In this document: positions 25,900 to 39,442 of the stretch, piece by piece
Layout of the letters: each line of letters begins with the position of its first letter
Numbering within the stretch: the first letter of the stretch is position 1
Source of the DNA: Octopus sinensis
Lineage: Eukaryota
NCBI RefSeq assembly: GCF_006345805.1
Contig: NC_043022.1
Location: forward strand, 20,708,001 to 20,772,000
Length of the DNA: 64,000 nt
Reading direction: 5' to 3'
The notes under the pieces: model-generated
Told to the model about the DNA's origin: nothing
The model's input: the letters and a program-made list of their open reading frames with translations, nothing else
Database searches by the model: none
Position numbers and translations under genes: made by a program

Positions 25900-26324
25900 A
25901 GTTCAGCAAAATTTAGATTCAAATGAATATGGTACTTAAGTCAGATGCACCAGAATTTTGTATGGTATTATTCATATAAATCCATGGGGTGATGATAATC
26001 AAAGTAAGCATCAAGATATATATATATATATAAATCCATGGGGTGATTATAATCAAAGTAGGCAACCGAAGATATATATATGTATGTATATATATTACTC
26101 CTTCATTTGGAAGAATTTGGTAACAAATTGTATTCCCTTTTTCTATGAATTTGTATTTTTCTGTTGTTATTTGTTCTTTTAAATTCTGAGGAACAAAAAA
26201 AGTATGGTTTACATGCATAAACACACACTCTCTCTTCCACACACACAAACACACACACACACACATTTACTTAGAGACACATGGACACACAGACATAGCT
26301 ACCTGCATATTAGATACATATGGT

Positions 26325-26501
26325 TCATATATCATATTCGTCTTCCATCTGTTTCAGTTCTATTTGGCGTATGTGGCTGATATTTGTTTGGAAGGATGGT
26401 TTCGTGTCAGGCAATGTCCCTTTGTTTGAGTGAGACAGTGGCCTCTCAAAAATGGAATCAAACTCTAAAGATTTCGGACTTGTTAACTGGTGAGGGTATA
26501 T
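26325..26501 (-). CDS. Coiled-coil gene last coding exon (IYPHQLTSPKS...DEYDI*)
   Basis: gatcag acceptor, stop TGA at 26327-26325. Confidence 0.82.
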   Translation of the reverse strand: MYPHQLTSPKSLEFDSIFERPLSHSNKGTLPDTKPSFQTNISHIRQIELKQMEDEYDI

Positions 26502-26818
26502 CTGATCAAAACAGGAAAAACAAAAAACATATATATCATATAACAATAATATATAATAAAGAATACACACACACGCATATATATATATGTACATTTTTGA
26601 CTATTCGCACACTCCATCTGCCAACATTACAACTATTATGTAATTCTGAGCCTCCAGAAACAGCTGTTGAGTTTGAAATATCATGCCCTCTCTCCTTAGT
26701 TTTCTGTATTTCTTGTACTCTATGTAAATTTGTTTTGTAAATATATAAAATATCTAAATGCCCATACACGAATGTTCATTATTCAAATATTTTCAGTTTT
26801 AGTTTCTCTCTCTCTCTA

Positions 26819-26850
<32 letters not shown>

Positions 26851-27248
26851 ACCCTATATAATTAATAATATCAAAGGGTAATCTGAAATATTTGAAATTT
26901 CCATTACCAGTGGCCTAGTGTGTAAAAATTTAGTGATCAGACTATATATTATTCATATAAATCCATAGTACATTTAAACACATAAGAGGCATCCATCATA
27001 GGACTCCTTGCACACTAGAGAGAACAGCTAAATTCCAAACCACTATTAGGGATAAAATTTCGAAGTATATAGTACGTTTAAATGGTAAACTTTTATATTT
27101 TTCATTAGATGGTAAATGTTTTTATTTTTCATTCCCTTCGAAATTTTATCCCTAATAGTGGTTTGAAATTTAACTGTTCTCTTTAGCATGCAAGGAGTCC
27201 TGTAATGGATGCCTCTTATGTGTTTAAATGTACACTGTATTTATGTAT

Positions 27249-27284
<36 letters not shown>

Positions 27285-29452
27285 ATATATGCATGTATAT
27301 TTGATACATTCATCAAACACAAGAGTATTTATTTGCATCCCTATCTCCATAGCAGCTCACCTGGATTCCTCTGTACTCTGTGGACTTAGTCCTCGATAAA
27401 AACTTTGGAGTGTGAGTTCAAATCATTGGACCACTACTACATGTTTTCTATACTGAGCATCTCTGAATCTCGCCTGGCCACATTACTCTGTAAGGAACTT
27501 AGGGCTGGTTTCTTGGTTTCTCTGGAGTATAATATCTACCTCCCTGGATGACACACAGGTCCATCATAGGATCTCTCATTTTTGCCATAAAATGAAGTGT
27601 TTTGTTCAAGGACACAACATATCACTCGCTCCAGGAATTGAAACCACAATCTTACGATCATGAGTCCAATACCTATTTCTTTACTACCCACAAGGGGCTA
27701 AACACAGAGAAGACAAACAAGGACAGACAAATGGATTAAGTCGATTATATCGACCCCAGTGCGTAACTGGTACTTAATTTATCGACCCCAAAAGGATGAA
27801 AGGCAAAGTCGACCACGGCGGAATTTGAACTCACAACGTAGCGGCAGACAAAATACCGCTAAGCATTTCGCCCAGCGTGCTAACGTTTCTGCCAGCTCGC
27901 CGCCTTATGAGTCCAATACCCTACCCACTAAACCATGCACCTCCACATAATGGTGGGAACGAGTACATATCCATCAGAGCAATACAACAGAAAATGATTT
28001 ACTTACTAAATTGTGATTGGCACGTTGTGACAGACTCTGCCTGTGATTGGCTGCAATTAGTTTCTCCTGGAGACGTTTGTTTTCTTCTTCGAGGAATTTT
28101 GACTGAACCTCCAGTCTCGACTGAGACCGAGTCAGCTCGCGGATGATCTCCACTTGTTCTCCACTTCTGTAGACAAACAACAGTTTAATGAAATATCTAA
28201 ATGTGTAAAATTCTCAATGTAAATAGTAATTATTAGAATCAGTATAAGGCCACACATTAGGCACAGGCATGGCTATGTGGAAAAAAGTTTGCTTCCCAAC
28301 CATATGAAAGCGAGGGAAATATTTTGACACAAATGAAATTTAAATGTTGAAGTGAATCTAACGGTTTTTGTGTGTTTTTAAATGGCTTATAAACACCTTC
28401 CATGCTGCAATTGTTTAAAAATAATTTACGGAGATGTACTTGCAGAGCAAGTGACCTGATCTGAGATCGTGTGCTGAAACAAAAACTATTGCAGCATGGA
28501 AGGTGTTTATAAGCCATTTAAAAACACACAAAAACTATTAGATTCATTTGAACATGTAAATTTAATTTGCCAAAATATTTTCATCACTTTGAGACCACAA
28601 CCTGTTCACTGAGATGCAACATGGAATTTTGTCAATGAACAGGTCAGGGTTTCAAAGCGACGGAAATATTTTGACAAATTAAATTTAAATGTTGAAGTGA
28701 ATCTAACGGTTTTTGTGTGTTTAATTTGCCAAAATATTTTCATCGCTTTGAGACCACAACCTGTTCACCGAGATGCAACATGGAATTTTGTCAGTGAATA
28801 GGTCACGGTCTGAAAGCGACAGAAATATTTTGACAAATTTAATTTAAACGTTGAAATGAATCTAACGGTTTTTGTGTGTTTTTAAATGGCTTATAAACAC
28901 CTTCGATGCTGCAATTGTTTAAAAATAATTTATACGCAAAAAAATATATATACACATATATATGAAATAATGTTCATGATTACACATTCAATATAGTCAT
29001 AGAAATTAAAAAGAAAAAAGCAAAAGTGGTCACAAATGACCCCTCGGTACTTCTAGTACTAAATAGGTACAATCTTGAGCCATAAAAATGAACATTTATT
29101 ATGTAATGATACCTTGTCAAATAGGTACAATTTGGAAGAACAACTTCTTAGTATCTTTATCATGTCTTACAAGCGTGCAATGGGTGATCTTACTTTGAGA
29201 AAAGCTCTCGGCGTTCACTGGCCAGTTTCTTGTAACTGGCTTCTCGCTCTTCACGCAGTTCATGCTCCTTGTTAAACATTGACCGAGTGACCAGCAAGTC
29301 CTCTCCCAGGTGGCGAAGTTGTTCCTTCATAAGCATCTTTTCCTGGTTGTGTAACTGCCTGCAATAAACAGAGACGTATTTAATGCAATCATCTTTTTAT
29401 CTCTTACTAGTTTCAGCCACTCAACTGTGATCATGCTGAAACAATGATGACA

Positions 29453-29483
<31 letters not shown>

Positions 29484-32093
29484 CAATGACGATGACAATG
29501 ACAATGACGATGATGATGACGATGATGATCACAATGACGATGACAATGATGATGACGACGATGATGATGACAATGACGACGATGGTGATGATGATAATGA
29601 CGATGACGATGACAATGATGATGACAACAACTACGATGATGACAACAACAATGATGATGATGATGATGATGACAATGATAATGACGATGACAACTATGAG
29701 GAGGAGGAAAAGTAGTAGTGGTAGTAGTAGTGGTGATGGTGGTAGTTGCGTTGATGATGGTGGTGGTGGTGGTGTGGTGGTGGTGGTGGTGGTGGTTGTA
29801 ATGGTGGTGGTAGTGGCAATGGTTGTGGAAGATGGTAATGGGGCGAGTTGTATGCTGCTACTACTAATGGTGGCGATGAAAGCATAATGATGATGATCAT
29901 GACAACACCGATAACAACAACGATGATAGTGATGACAGCAATGAGAATAACAAAAGCAATGATGTTTGGTAGTTACCTGGCTCTCAGGAATTTTGCACGG
30001 ATTCGAAGCTTGCGATCTTCGTATTTTCTTTGCAAAATCTCCTGCCGTTCGTTCGCAGCAAACAGCGCCATCTTTAGATCGGTAACCTCTTTGTGCAACT
30101 GGTGGGTGTCGCTATTGGCACAGTTGATATCACACTGCAACGACAAGGGTAACACAGGCATTAAGTGCTGCATACATTACATTCAATATTTTCATACAAA
30201 ATGATGACAGGAGTGGCTGTGTGGTATGTAGCTTGCTTACCAACCACATGGTTCCGGGTTCAGTCCCACTGCGTGGCATCTTGGGCAAGTGTCTTCTACT
30301 ATAGCCTCGGGCCAACCAAAGCCTTGTGAGTGGATTTGGTAGACGGAAACTGAAAGAAGCCCGTCGTATATATGTATATATATATGTGTGTGTGTTTGTG
30401 TGTCTGTGTTTGTCCCCCTAGCATTGTTTGACAACCGATGGTGGTGTGTTTACGTCCCTGTCACTTAGTGGTTCGGCAAAAGAGACCGATAGAATAAGTA
30501 CTGGGCTTACAAAGAATAAGTCCCGGGATCGATTTGCTTGACTAAAGGCGGTGCTCCAGCATGGCCTCAGTCAAATGACTGAAACAAGTAAAAGAGTAAA
30601 GAGTATACATTCAATTCAACAACATTGATTAATTAATCATTGTCGTTATGTGTCATGTGCTTTTGCAGTGCATTGACAACACTACAACAAAGTCATTGAT
30701 GTGGCTGATGACTGTACCACCTGACTGGCACCTGTGCCAGTGACACATAAAAAGCACCATTCGAGCGTGATCGATGCCAGTGCCACCTGATTGGCACCTG
30801 TGCCAGTAGCATGTAAAAAGCACCATTCAAGTGCGGTCAATGCCAGTACCACCTTACTGGCCCCTGTGCCGGTGGCATGCAAAAAGCACCCACTACACTC
30901 TTGGAGTGAATGGCGTTAGGAAGGGCATCCAGCTGTAGAAACTTTGCCAGATCAGACTGGAGCCTGGTTGCAGCCTTCTGGCTTGCCAGCCCTCAGTCAA
31001 ACTGTCCAACCCATGCTACGGCATGTAAAAGCACCTACTACGCTCTTGGAGTGGATGGCGTTAGGAAGGGCATCCAGCTGTAGAAACTTCGCCAGATCAA
31101 ATTGGAGCCTGGTTGCAGCCTTCTGGCTTGCCAGCCCTCAGTCAAACAGTCCAGCCCATGAGACGGCATGTAAAAGCACCCACTACACTCTTAGTTAGTT
31201 AGTTAGTTAGTTAGTTAATTTTTTGGCTCAAAAAGCAAAAAGCAAGGCCATGTAGGGGGACATGGAGTTATGTACAGGGTGGTGTTCATGTAAAGAGTTC
31301 AGGCCACTTGAGGTCAAGGGGGACTTTGAACCGAACGGTCGTCAGCATCTTCACCATCTCATCTGGCAGCTTATTCCACGGATCCGCAACCCGGACGGAG
31401 AAAGCCCCTCTCCTTCGATTGAGATGAAATCGTCGCAGATAGAGCTTTTCGGAATGACCCCGCAGCCGACGGAATGGATGGTGTTAGGAAGGGCATCCAG
31501 CTGTAGAAACTTCGCCAGATCAGATTGGAGCCCTCAGTCAAACCGTCCAACCCATGCTAGCATAGAAAGCAGACGTTAAATGACGACGATGATGATGATT
31601 GTTGTTATTCTAAGTTTAACATTTGCATAAATGTTCCACTTACCTTATTATTATTGTTGCTCTGGTTACTGCCATTCTGCTGCCATGCGTTATAAATCAT
31701 TCCTTTCTGCATCTTTTGCATCTCCTGTTTCAACTGATTCTGATACTGCAACAGCTGCTTGCTGCACACACATGCAAATATACAGACAATACACAGGCAC
31801 GTTAATACAGAGGAAGAAAACCAGTTGATATTTTTTTTCTTTAACTTGTTTCAGTCATTTGACTGGGGCCGTGTTGGGACACTGCCTTCAAGAATTTTAA
31901 AGACATATCGATCAGTTTAAGCCTGGTTCTTATTATATCAATCTCTTTTGCCAAGCCGCTAAGTTACGCAGATGTAAACTCACCAACACAAGTTGTAAAG
32001 TGGTAGAAAGTGGAGATGCAAGGTGACATGCAGTGGGACTGAACCTGGAACCATGTGGTTGTGAAGCAAGCTTCTTACCACATGCCTGTGCCT

Positions 32094-32126
<33 letters not shown>

Positions 32127-32233
32127 CACGTGACCGACCAGACCATCAGACTTTGTTACACATCGCTGGTCACAATGCGTTCGCATTGTTTTAGCCTTCG
32201 AATGACGCCACCACGCTGGCTAAGCGAGCAGGT

Positions 32234-32283
<50 letters not shown>

Positions 32284-35200
32284 GTGTGTGCATCTTTGTG
32301 TCTGTGTTTGTCCCTCACCACTGCTTGACAACAGGTGTTAGTGTGTTCACATCCCCCGTAACTTAGTGGTTCGGCAAAAAGAGACTGACAGAATAAGTAC
32401 CAAGCTTTAAAAATAAGTCCTGGGGCCAATTCATTCAACTAAAAATTATTGAAGGCCCCAGCATGGCCACAATCTAATGACTGATACAAGTAAAAGACAA
32501 AACATATCTGGAATGTGTATGGATTACTTTCAACTCTATAAATCTTACTTTTTGATTTTTTCTTCTTCTAGTCGCTGTTTGTACAGTTTCATTTCCTTTC
32601 CAGCTCTGACGAGAATGGTCTTTACTTTCCTCAAGTCTTCCAGCTTGTCCTCTTTACCATTTAATTGTGGAACCAAGCTCTGCACTTCATCTTCATATTG
32701 ATCACACTAGAAACATGAGCAAACACACATTAAAATGGAAAGATTAAATCTTGCACCAAAGGAGCTGTTGCTGTTGTTGTTTAGATAGAAACAGGTCAAC
32801 CTTAAAAAAACAGACACGTTTCCTTCATCCTTTTGTTACCATATATATATATATATATATAAAATAGTAGCAGGAGCACTCTGTCGGTTGCGACGATGAG
32901 GGTCCCAGCTGATACGATCAACGGAACAGCTTGCTCGTGATATTAACGTGCAAGTGGCTGAGCACTCCACAGACACGTGTACCCTTAACGTAGTTCTCAA
33001 GGAGATTCAGCATGACACAGAGTGTGACAAGGCTGGCCCTTTGAAATACAGGTACAAAAGAAACAGGAAGAAAGAGTGAGAGAAAGTTGTGGTGAAAGAG
33101 TACAGCAGGGTTCACCACCACCCCCTGCCGGAGCCTCGTGGCGCTTTAGGTGTTTTCGCTCAATAAACACTCACAATGCCTGGTCTGGGAATCGAAACCG
33201 CGATCCTCCGACCGCGAGTCCGCTGCCCTAACCACTGGGCCATTGCGCCTCCATAAAATAATAATTATTATTATTATTATTATTTGAGGGAATATTATTC
33301 CTAACTTACAGGGAAAAATTCAATTTAGAAATACTAAATCAAATTTTGCAAAATATAATATATATATAAAAATTAGAAAAAAACCACCTTTTATCAATTC
33401 AAAATGAACAATAAAATTATACCATCTAGAAAATTACATATAATAGAAATATTAAAAATAAAATAACAATAATATACTGATGATTAAGTAAATAGCAAAA
33501 TAATAATAAAAATGTATATACCAAATATATACGTTTTTATTATTATTTTGCACATTACTTAATCATCACTATATTATGGTTATTTTATTTTTAATATTTC
33601 TATTATATATATAATATATATATATAAATGGAGTTTTTCCTTGGGGCTGGCCAGATTGGAGCAATCTCATGTATAACCAGCCGAACTTGCAAAGATAATT
33701 TGGAATTCAGCTAAAGAAAGAAAACTTCGAATGACCCGTCCTTGTTTTCTTTTTATCGTCTGTCTGGATGAGAAATACTTGTGATTTTTTGTTACCCTGG
33801 TAACTATTTATCTATTTTTTCCACGCTAATTGTTAACAAGGGAAAAATACACTTATCTATATATATATATTATACATATATACATGAGTGGCTGTGTGGT
33901 AAGTAGGAGTGGCTGTGTGGTAAGTAGCTTGCTAAACAACCACATGGTTCCGGGTTCAGTCCCACTGTGTGGCATCTTGGGCAAGTGTCTTCTGCTATAG
34001 CCCCGGGCCGACCAATGCCTTGTGAGTGGATTTGGTAGACGGAAACTGAAAGAAGCCTGTCGTATATATGTATATATATATATATATTATATATATATGT
34101 GTGTGTTTGTGTGTCCGTCTTTGTCCCCCTAGCATTGCTTGACAACCGATGCTGGTGTGTTTACGTCCCCGTAACTTAACGGTTCGGCAAAAGAAACCGA
34201 TAGAATAAGTACTGGGCTTACAAAGAATAAGTCCCAGGGTCGATTTGCTCGACTAAAGGCGGTGATCCAGCATGGCCGCAGTCAAATGACTGAAACTAGT
34301 AAAAGAGTAAAAGAGTATATATATATATATATATATAAAATACAAAATGGGACAAGAACGCAAAACATCCAGACAGATGATACAAAGAAAACAAGAATGA
34401 ATTATTCGGAGTTTTCTTTCTTCAGTCGAGTTCCATATTATCTTTGCAATTTCGGCTGGTTATACGTGAGATTGCTCCAATCTGGCCAGGAAAAACTAAG
34501 CTAAGAGCATTAGATTCCTTGGAAGAAAGCAGCGAATATATACAAAAACAAGGACGGAAAAAAAGACGGAGAATGTTATACAAATACAAATAACAGGATA
34601 TAACAACAGGTGTCTTTCGACTAAGGACAAATTAAATTAAGCTGGGGTGTAGACACCTGTTGTTATGTTGTTAGGAGGAGGGGAATGAAGGAGGAGAGGA
34701 TGAAGGGGAAGGAGTAGAAGAGGAGGAAAATGAGAAATAGGAGGAAGGAGACAGAGGAAGAAGCATACCTGGTCAAGATTTTCCGGAAAAATTTGGCCAC
34801 CATTTTCTAAAGAGAGGCTTTTGCCCAACAATGTGCTGAGTTTGTCGTAAGCCTGAAAGGAAGCAGAACCAATCATTTTAGTTCAACAACCACAGCAGAA
34901 GTAACAAAAAAGAAAAAAAGTGGAATGCAAAGAAGCAATAAATAAAATGTGGTTTTATCTTTGATCTTTTACTTGTTTCAGTCATTAGACTGTGGCCATG
35001 CTGGGGCAGCACTTTGAAGAATTTTCCGTTTTGCGTCTGATATTTATTCCAACACTCTCTTTTGCCAAATCACTACATTACAGTTGTCAAGCGCTGGTGA
35101 GGGACAAACACAGACACACACATGAGCCAGTGCCTTATTAAAAGCACTAACATGGAGTAACTTAGCCCTAAATATACAGACACGACAAATATGGAATAAG

Positions 35201-36143
35201 CCCTAAATACACAGACACCACTAACATGGGGTAACTTAGCCTTAAATATACAGACACCACTAACATGGGGATAACTTAGCCGCAAAATATACAGGCAACA
35301 CAAACACGGGGTTAATTTAGCCCTAACTATACCACCATGACTAACAAAGGGTACACCACAAACATGGGCTAACACAACCCCAGCTCACTGAACCCTGTCA
35401 AACTGTTCAAACCATGAAAATGAATGTTCAATGATGATGATGATTATGATTTACATAGGGTAACTTAGCCCTAAACACCAGTCACAAAAGCGTATATGTA
35501 GAGGACCACAAGACCCTAATTTCAAAGCAGATGATTTTTATCTCTTACCTGGGTAAGTTCACAGACAGGTGTTGAGGCAATGTTGTTGTTCTCAATGCTA
35601 TTTCTGACTAAAGTGCCAACACTAAGCTGTGTCTGTATTGAACTAGTTGAAAGCTGAGCCACTGTGACATCGTGATGTAACTGAAGAATCTCCTAAACCA
35701 CCATCATCACCAAAAAGAGCCACCAAAAAAGAAAACAACACCAATACCAAAATGAGAAAAAGAAAATATAAAATGCAAATAGTATATTTAGAAGTGAGAT
35801 ATTACGTGTGTATATAAATATATATGTATATCACGTGATCACGTGACCGACCAGACCATCAGACGTAACACATCGCTGGTCACAATGCGTTCGCATTGTT
35901 TTAGCCTTTGAATGACACACCCCGCTGGCTAAGCGAGCAGGCCAACAGAAGAAAGAGTGGGAGAAAAAGTGGTGAAAGAGTACAGCAGGGATCACCACCC
36001 ATTGCCGGAGCCTTGTGGAGCTTTAAGGTGTTTTCGCTCAATAAACACTCACAACACCCAGCCTGGGAATCGAAACCGCGATCCTACAACCACGAGTCTG
36101 CTGCCCTAACCACTGGGCCATTGTGCCTCCACATATATGTGTG

Positions 36144-36176
<33 letters not shown>

Positions 36177-36200
36177 TGTGTGTGTGTGTATGTATGTATA

Positions 36201-36238
<38 letters not shown>

Positions 36239-36961
36239 TATTATGTGGTAATACTTCAACAAGTAGAAAAGCATTCGGTCAGTTAAGAGAGGAAAGATAA
36301 TGTTATAATAAGAGAACCAAAAATCTTGTTAAATGCAGCAACCCAGGGTTTCCTGATAGAAATGATAATTTATTTCACCATTTATCAAGCTGAGGACAAG
36401 ACTGTTTGTCAATTGTCTTTTGAACAGATAACATTTAAACAAGAAACACTGGTAAAGATGAAGAGAAGAAAACACAAGGGAGATAACCAATATTCTTTTC
36501 TACTCTAGGTACAAGGCCCAAAATTTTGGTGGGGAGGGGGCCAGTCAATTAGATCGACTCCAGTAAACAACTGGTACTTAACTTATCAACCCTGAAAGGA
36601 TGAAAGGTAAAGTTAGCCTCAGCGGAATTTGAACTCAGAATGTAAAGACAAGACAAAATACCAATAAGCATTTCACCCGGCATGCTAATGTTTCTGCCAG
36701 CTCAATGCCTGGAGATAACCAATATTACAATAATTTGATGTTAAGCAGATGCTAATGGTTTACTAAGTGTCTGGTGGTCTACTTCTAAATTCCAACAAGA
36801 TGTATTTCTAGAAATGTGGTACTGGAATTTATGTATCTCATAAGCATTTTTCTCAATATGCTAACAATTCTGCCAGCTCACCACCTTAATAATAATAATA
36901 AATAATGATGAATGATGAATGATGGATGATGGATGATGGATGGTGGAGGTGGTGGTGGTGG

Positions 36962-37001
<40 letters not shown>

Positions 37002-39395
37002 CCTTTCTACAATAGGCACAAGGCCTAAAATTTGGGGGTGAGGTAAAGTTGATTATATTGATCCCAGTAATCAACTGGCACTTATTTTATTGACCCCGAA
37101 AAGATGAAAGGCAAAGTTGACATCGGTGGACAGAATGCCACTAAGCATTTTGCTTGGCATGCTAACAATTCTGCCAGCTCACCACCTCGTCGTCATCGCT
37201 GCTGCTGCCGACGCCGACAACACCACTGCTGCCGATGATGATGATGAGAAGTATAGAGAAGTATCAGGATATAGCCACTGAGTTACATAGGTTATGGAAA
37301 GTGTATCCCTGTAGTTATAGTTGCATAAGGGCCAATTTCCCGGTTTTTTTGGCATATAGGTTCCCCACCTGAACGGGACGCCAGTCCGTCGCAGGTGAGC
37401 TGCAAGGTGCAGGAGGAAAGAGTGAGAGAAAGTTGTAGCGGAAGAGTCAGCAGAAGTTTCGCCATTGCCTTCTGCTGGAGCTGCATGGAGCTTAGGTGTT
37501 TCGCTCATAAACACACACATCGGCCGGGCTGAGATTCGAACCCATGATCCCTCGACCTCGAGTCCGCTGCCCTAACCACTGGGCCATGTGCTTCCACACA
37601 TGAAGTATATTACAAGTTTACAAGTCAATACTGTGTCTCTTACCATGTGTTAGCAGTGCAAAGTTTCTCTATAGAATAATTTCAAATTTTGGCATAAGGC
37701 CAGCAGTTGAAGGGAGAGGGCTTAGTTGATTTTAAAATTGGGTGAAACGCACCCATGCTGGTGCTGTGTAAAAAGCACTCACACTGCTTCCATGTAAAAA
37801 GCATCTGGGCTGATGCCATGTATAAAGCACCTGTGCTGGTGCCATGTTATGGCACTGGTAGCAGTTCCATGTAATAGCACCAGTGCTGCAGCTATGTAAA
37901 AAAGCACCCAGTACACGTATTAAACAAAAATACTAACCTTCTGCTTTGCTTCCAGTTGCTGCCTCAACATACAATTCTCCTTCAAGACCATCTGTAGATT
38001 CTCAAGCTGCACTTGATTGTCCTTTTGGATCTCATTTTGGCAGCTGGAGCTTATTCTTTCCTCATTATGGCTGGACTCACTGAGATTCTGATTCTGTGAC
38101 ACGCCAAGTTTTACTTCACTTGCCTTTGTTTTACACCAATAAAAGAAAGGAAAAATTTTTTAAGATAAATTTTTATAACTGACACTGCTATATCACCCAA
38201 AACATTGGAGGCACATGGCTTAGTGGTTAGGGTCTTGGACTCATGATTGTAAGATTGTGGTTTCTATACCTGGACCAGATGATGATGTGTTCTTGAGCAA
38301 GACACTTCACTTCATGCAGCTCCAGTCCATTCAGCTAGTAAAAATGCGTAATCCTGTGATGGAATAGTGTCCCATCCCTGGAGCTATATACACACCAGAA
38401 AAACTGGGAAACCATTCCTATGTTCCTTGTTAGTTGTCGGAGCACTGCATCCTTCAAAACTTCCATGCTTTCTGAGATTCGCCAACACTACACCTTATTT
38501 CCTCCCCTCCATACACACACAAGCATGTATCTGACTCATACATTGTTCACTTTCCAGACATTTGTACATAACTGCATACACTTTATACACACTTTCTGAC
38601 AAGTTGTGGTGCACCTGAGCACTGTATACAATAATTTCATTATTATTATTTATTGAGTAATGTGGACTAACTAGCACGCAAAACATATGGTTTCATGATT
38701 TGTTTGTCGCATATTTTTTGGCAATAACATTGATTCTCCTTCAGGCCTTCATTTCACAGAAACTAAGGCCTCAATGAATCAAAAATAGAGGATGTTTTTT
38801 GTTTGTTTTGAGAGGTGAGCAGTCTATAAAGGCACTGGAGACAGTGGGAGTGATTGGAGTAGCTGGTATTACATTTATTCCATGGTTTACAATTGTTTCA
38901 ACAACACTTGTTAAGATTATCTCTGGAGATTTTCTATAGTAATTATAACCAGCACAGATTTTCTATGTTTCATATCTGAGATGTCTGATGTAAACAACAT
39001 TGAGATTGAAGAAGGGTAATGGGTGTATAATAGCACTGCTAACTCAGTAGAACACAGTACTGACTTCTTAAAATGCTTAATATACTTCAAAAATTTGACT
39101 AATTTTCTACACGCTAGGCCACAGGTAGTAAAAATTTCTAAAATCTTTATTACCCTGATATTATTAATTGTATATATATATATATACACCGGAGTAAACA
39201 CATAAATGTGAAACAAGGTGGAAAAAAGAGTACTCAGAGGTAGAGTAATATGCTTTATTTAAAAGCAGCAGAAATTTAACAAAAGCTGTTACTTGGAGTT
39301 TCACGTTCCCGGTTTTTAACAAAACTGTCCGATGAACGAGAACATGAAACTCCGAGTAACAGCTTTTGTTAAATTTCTGCTGCTTTTAAATAAAG

Positions 39396-39442
<47 letters not shown>

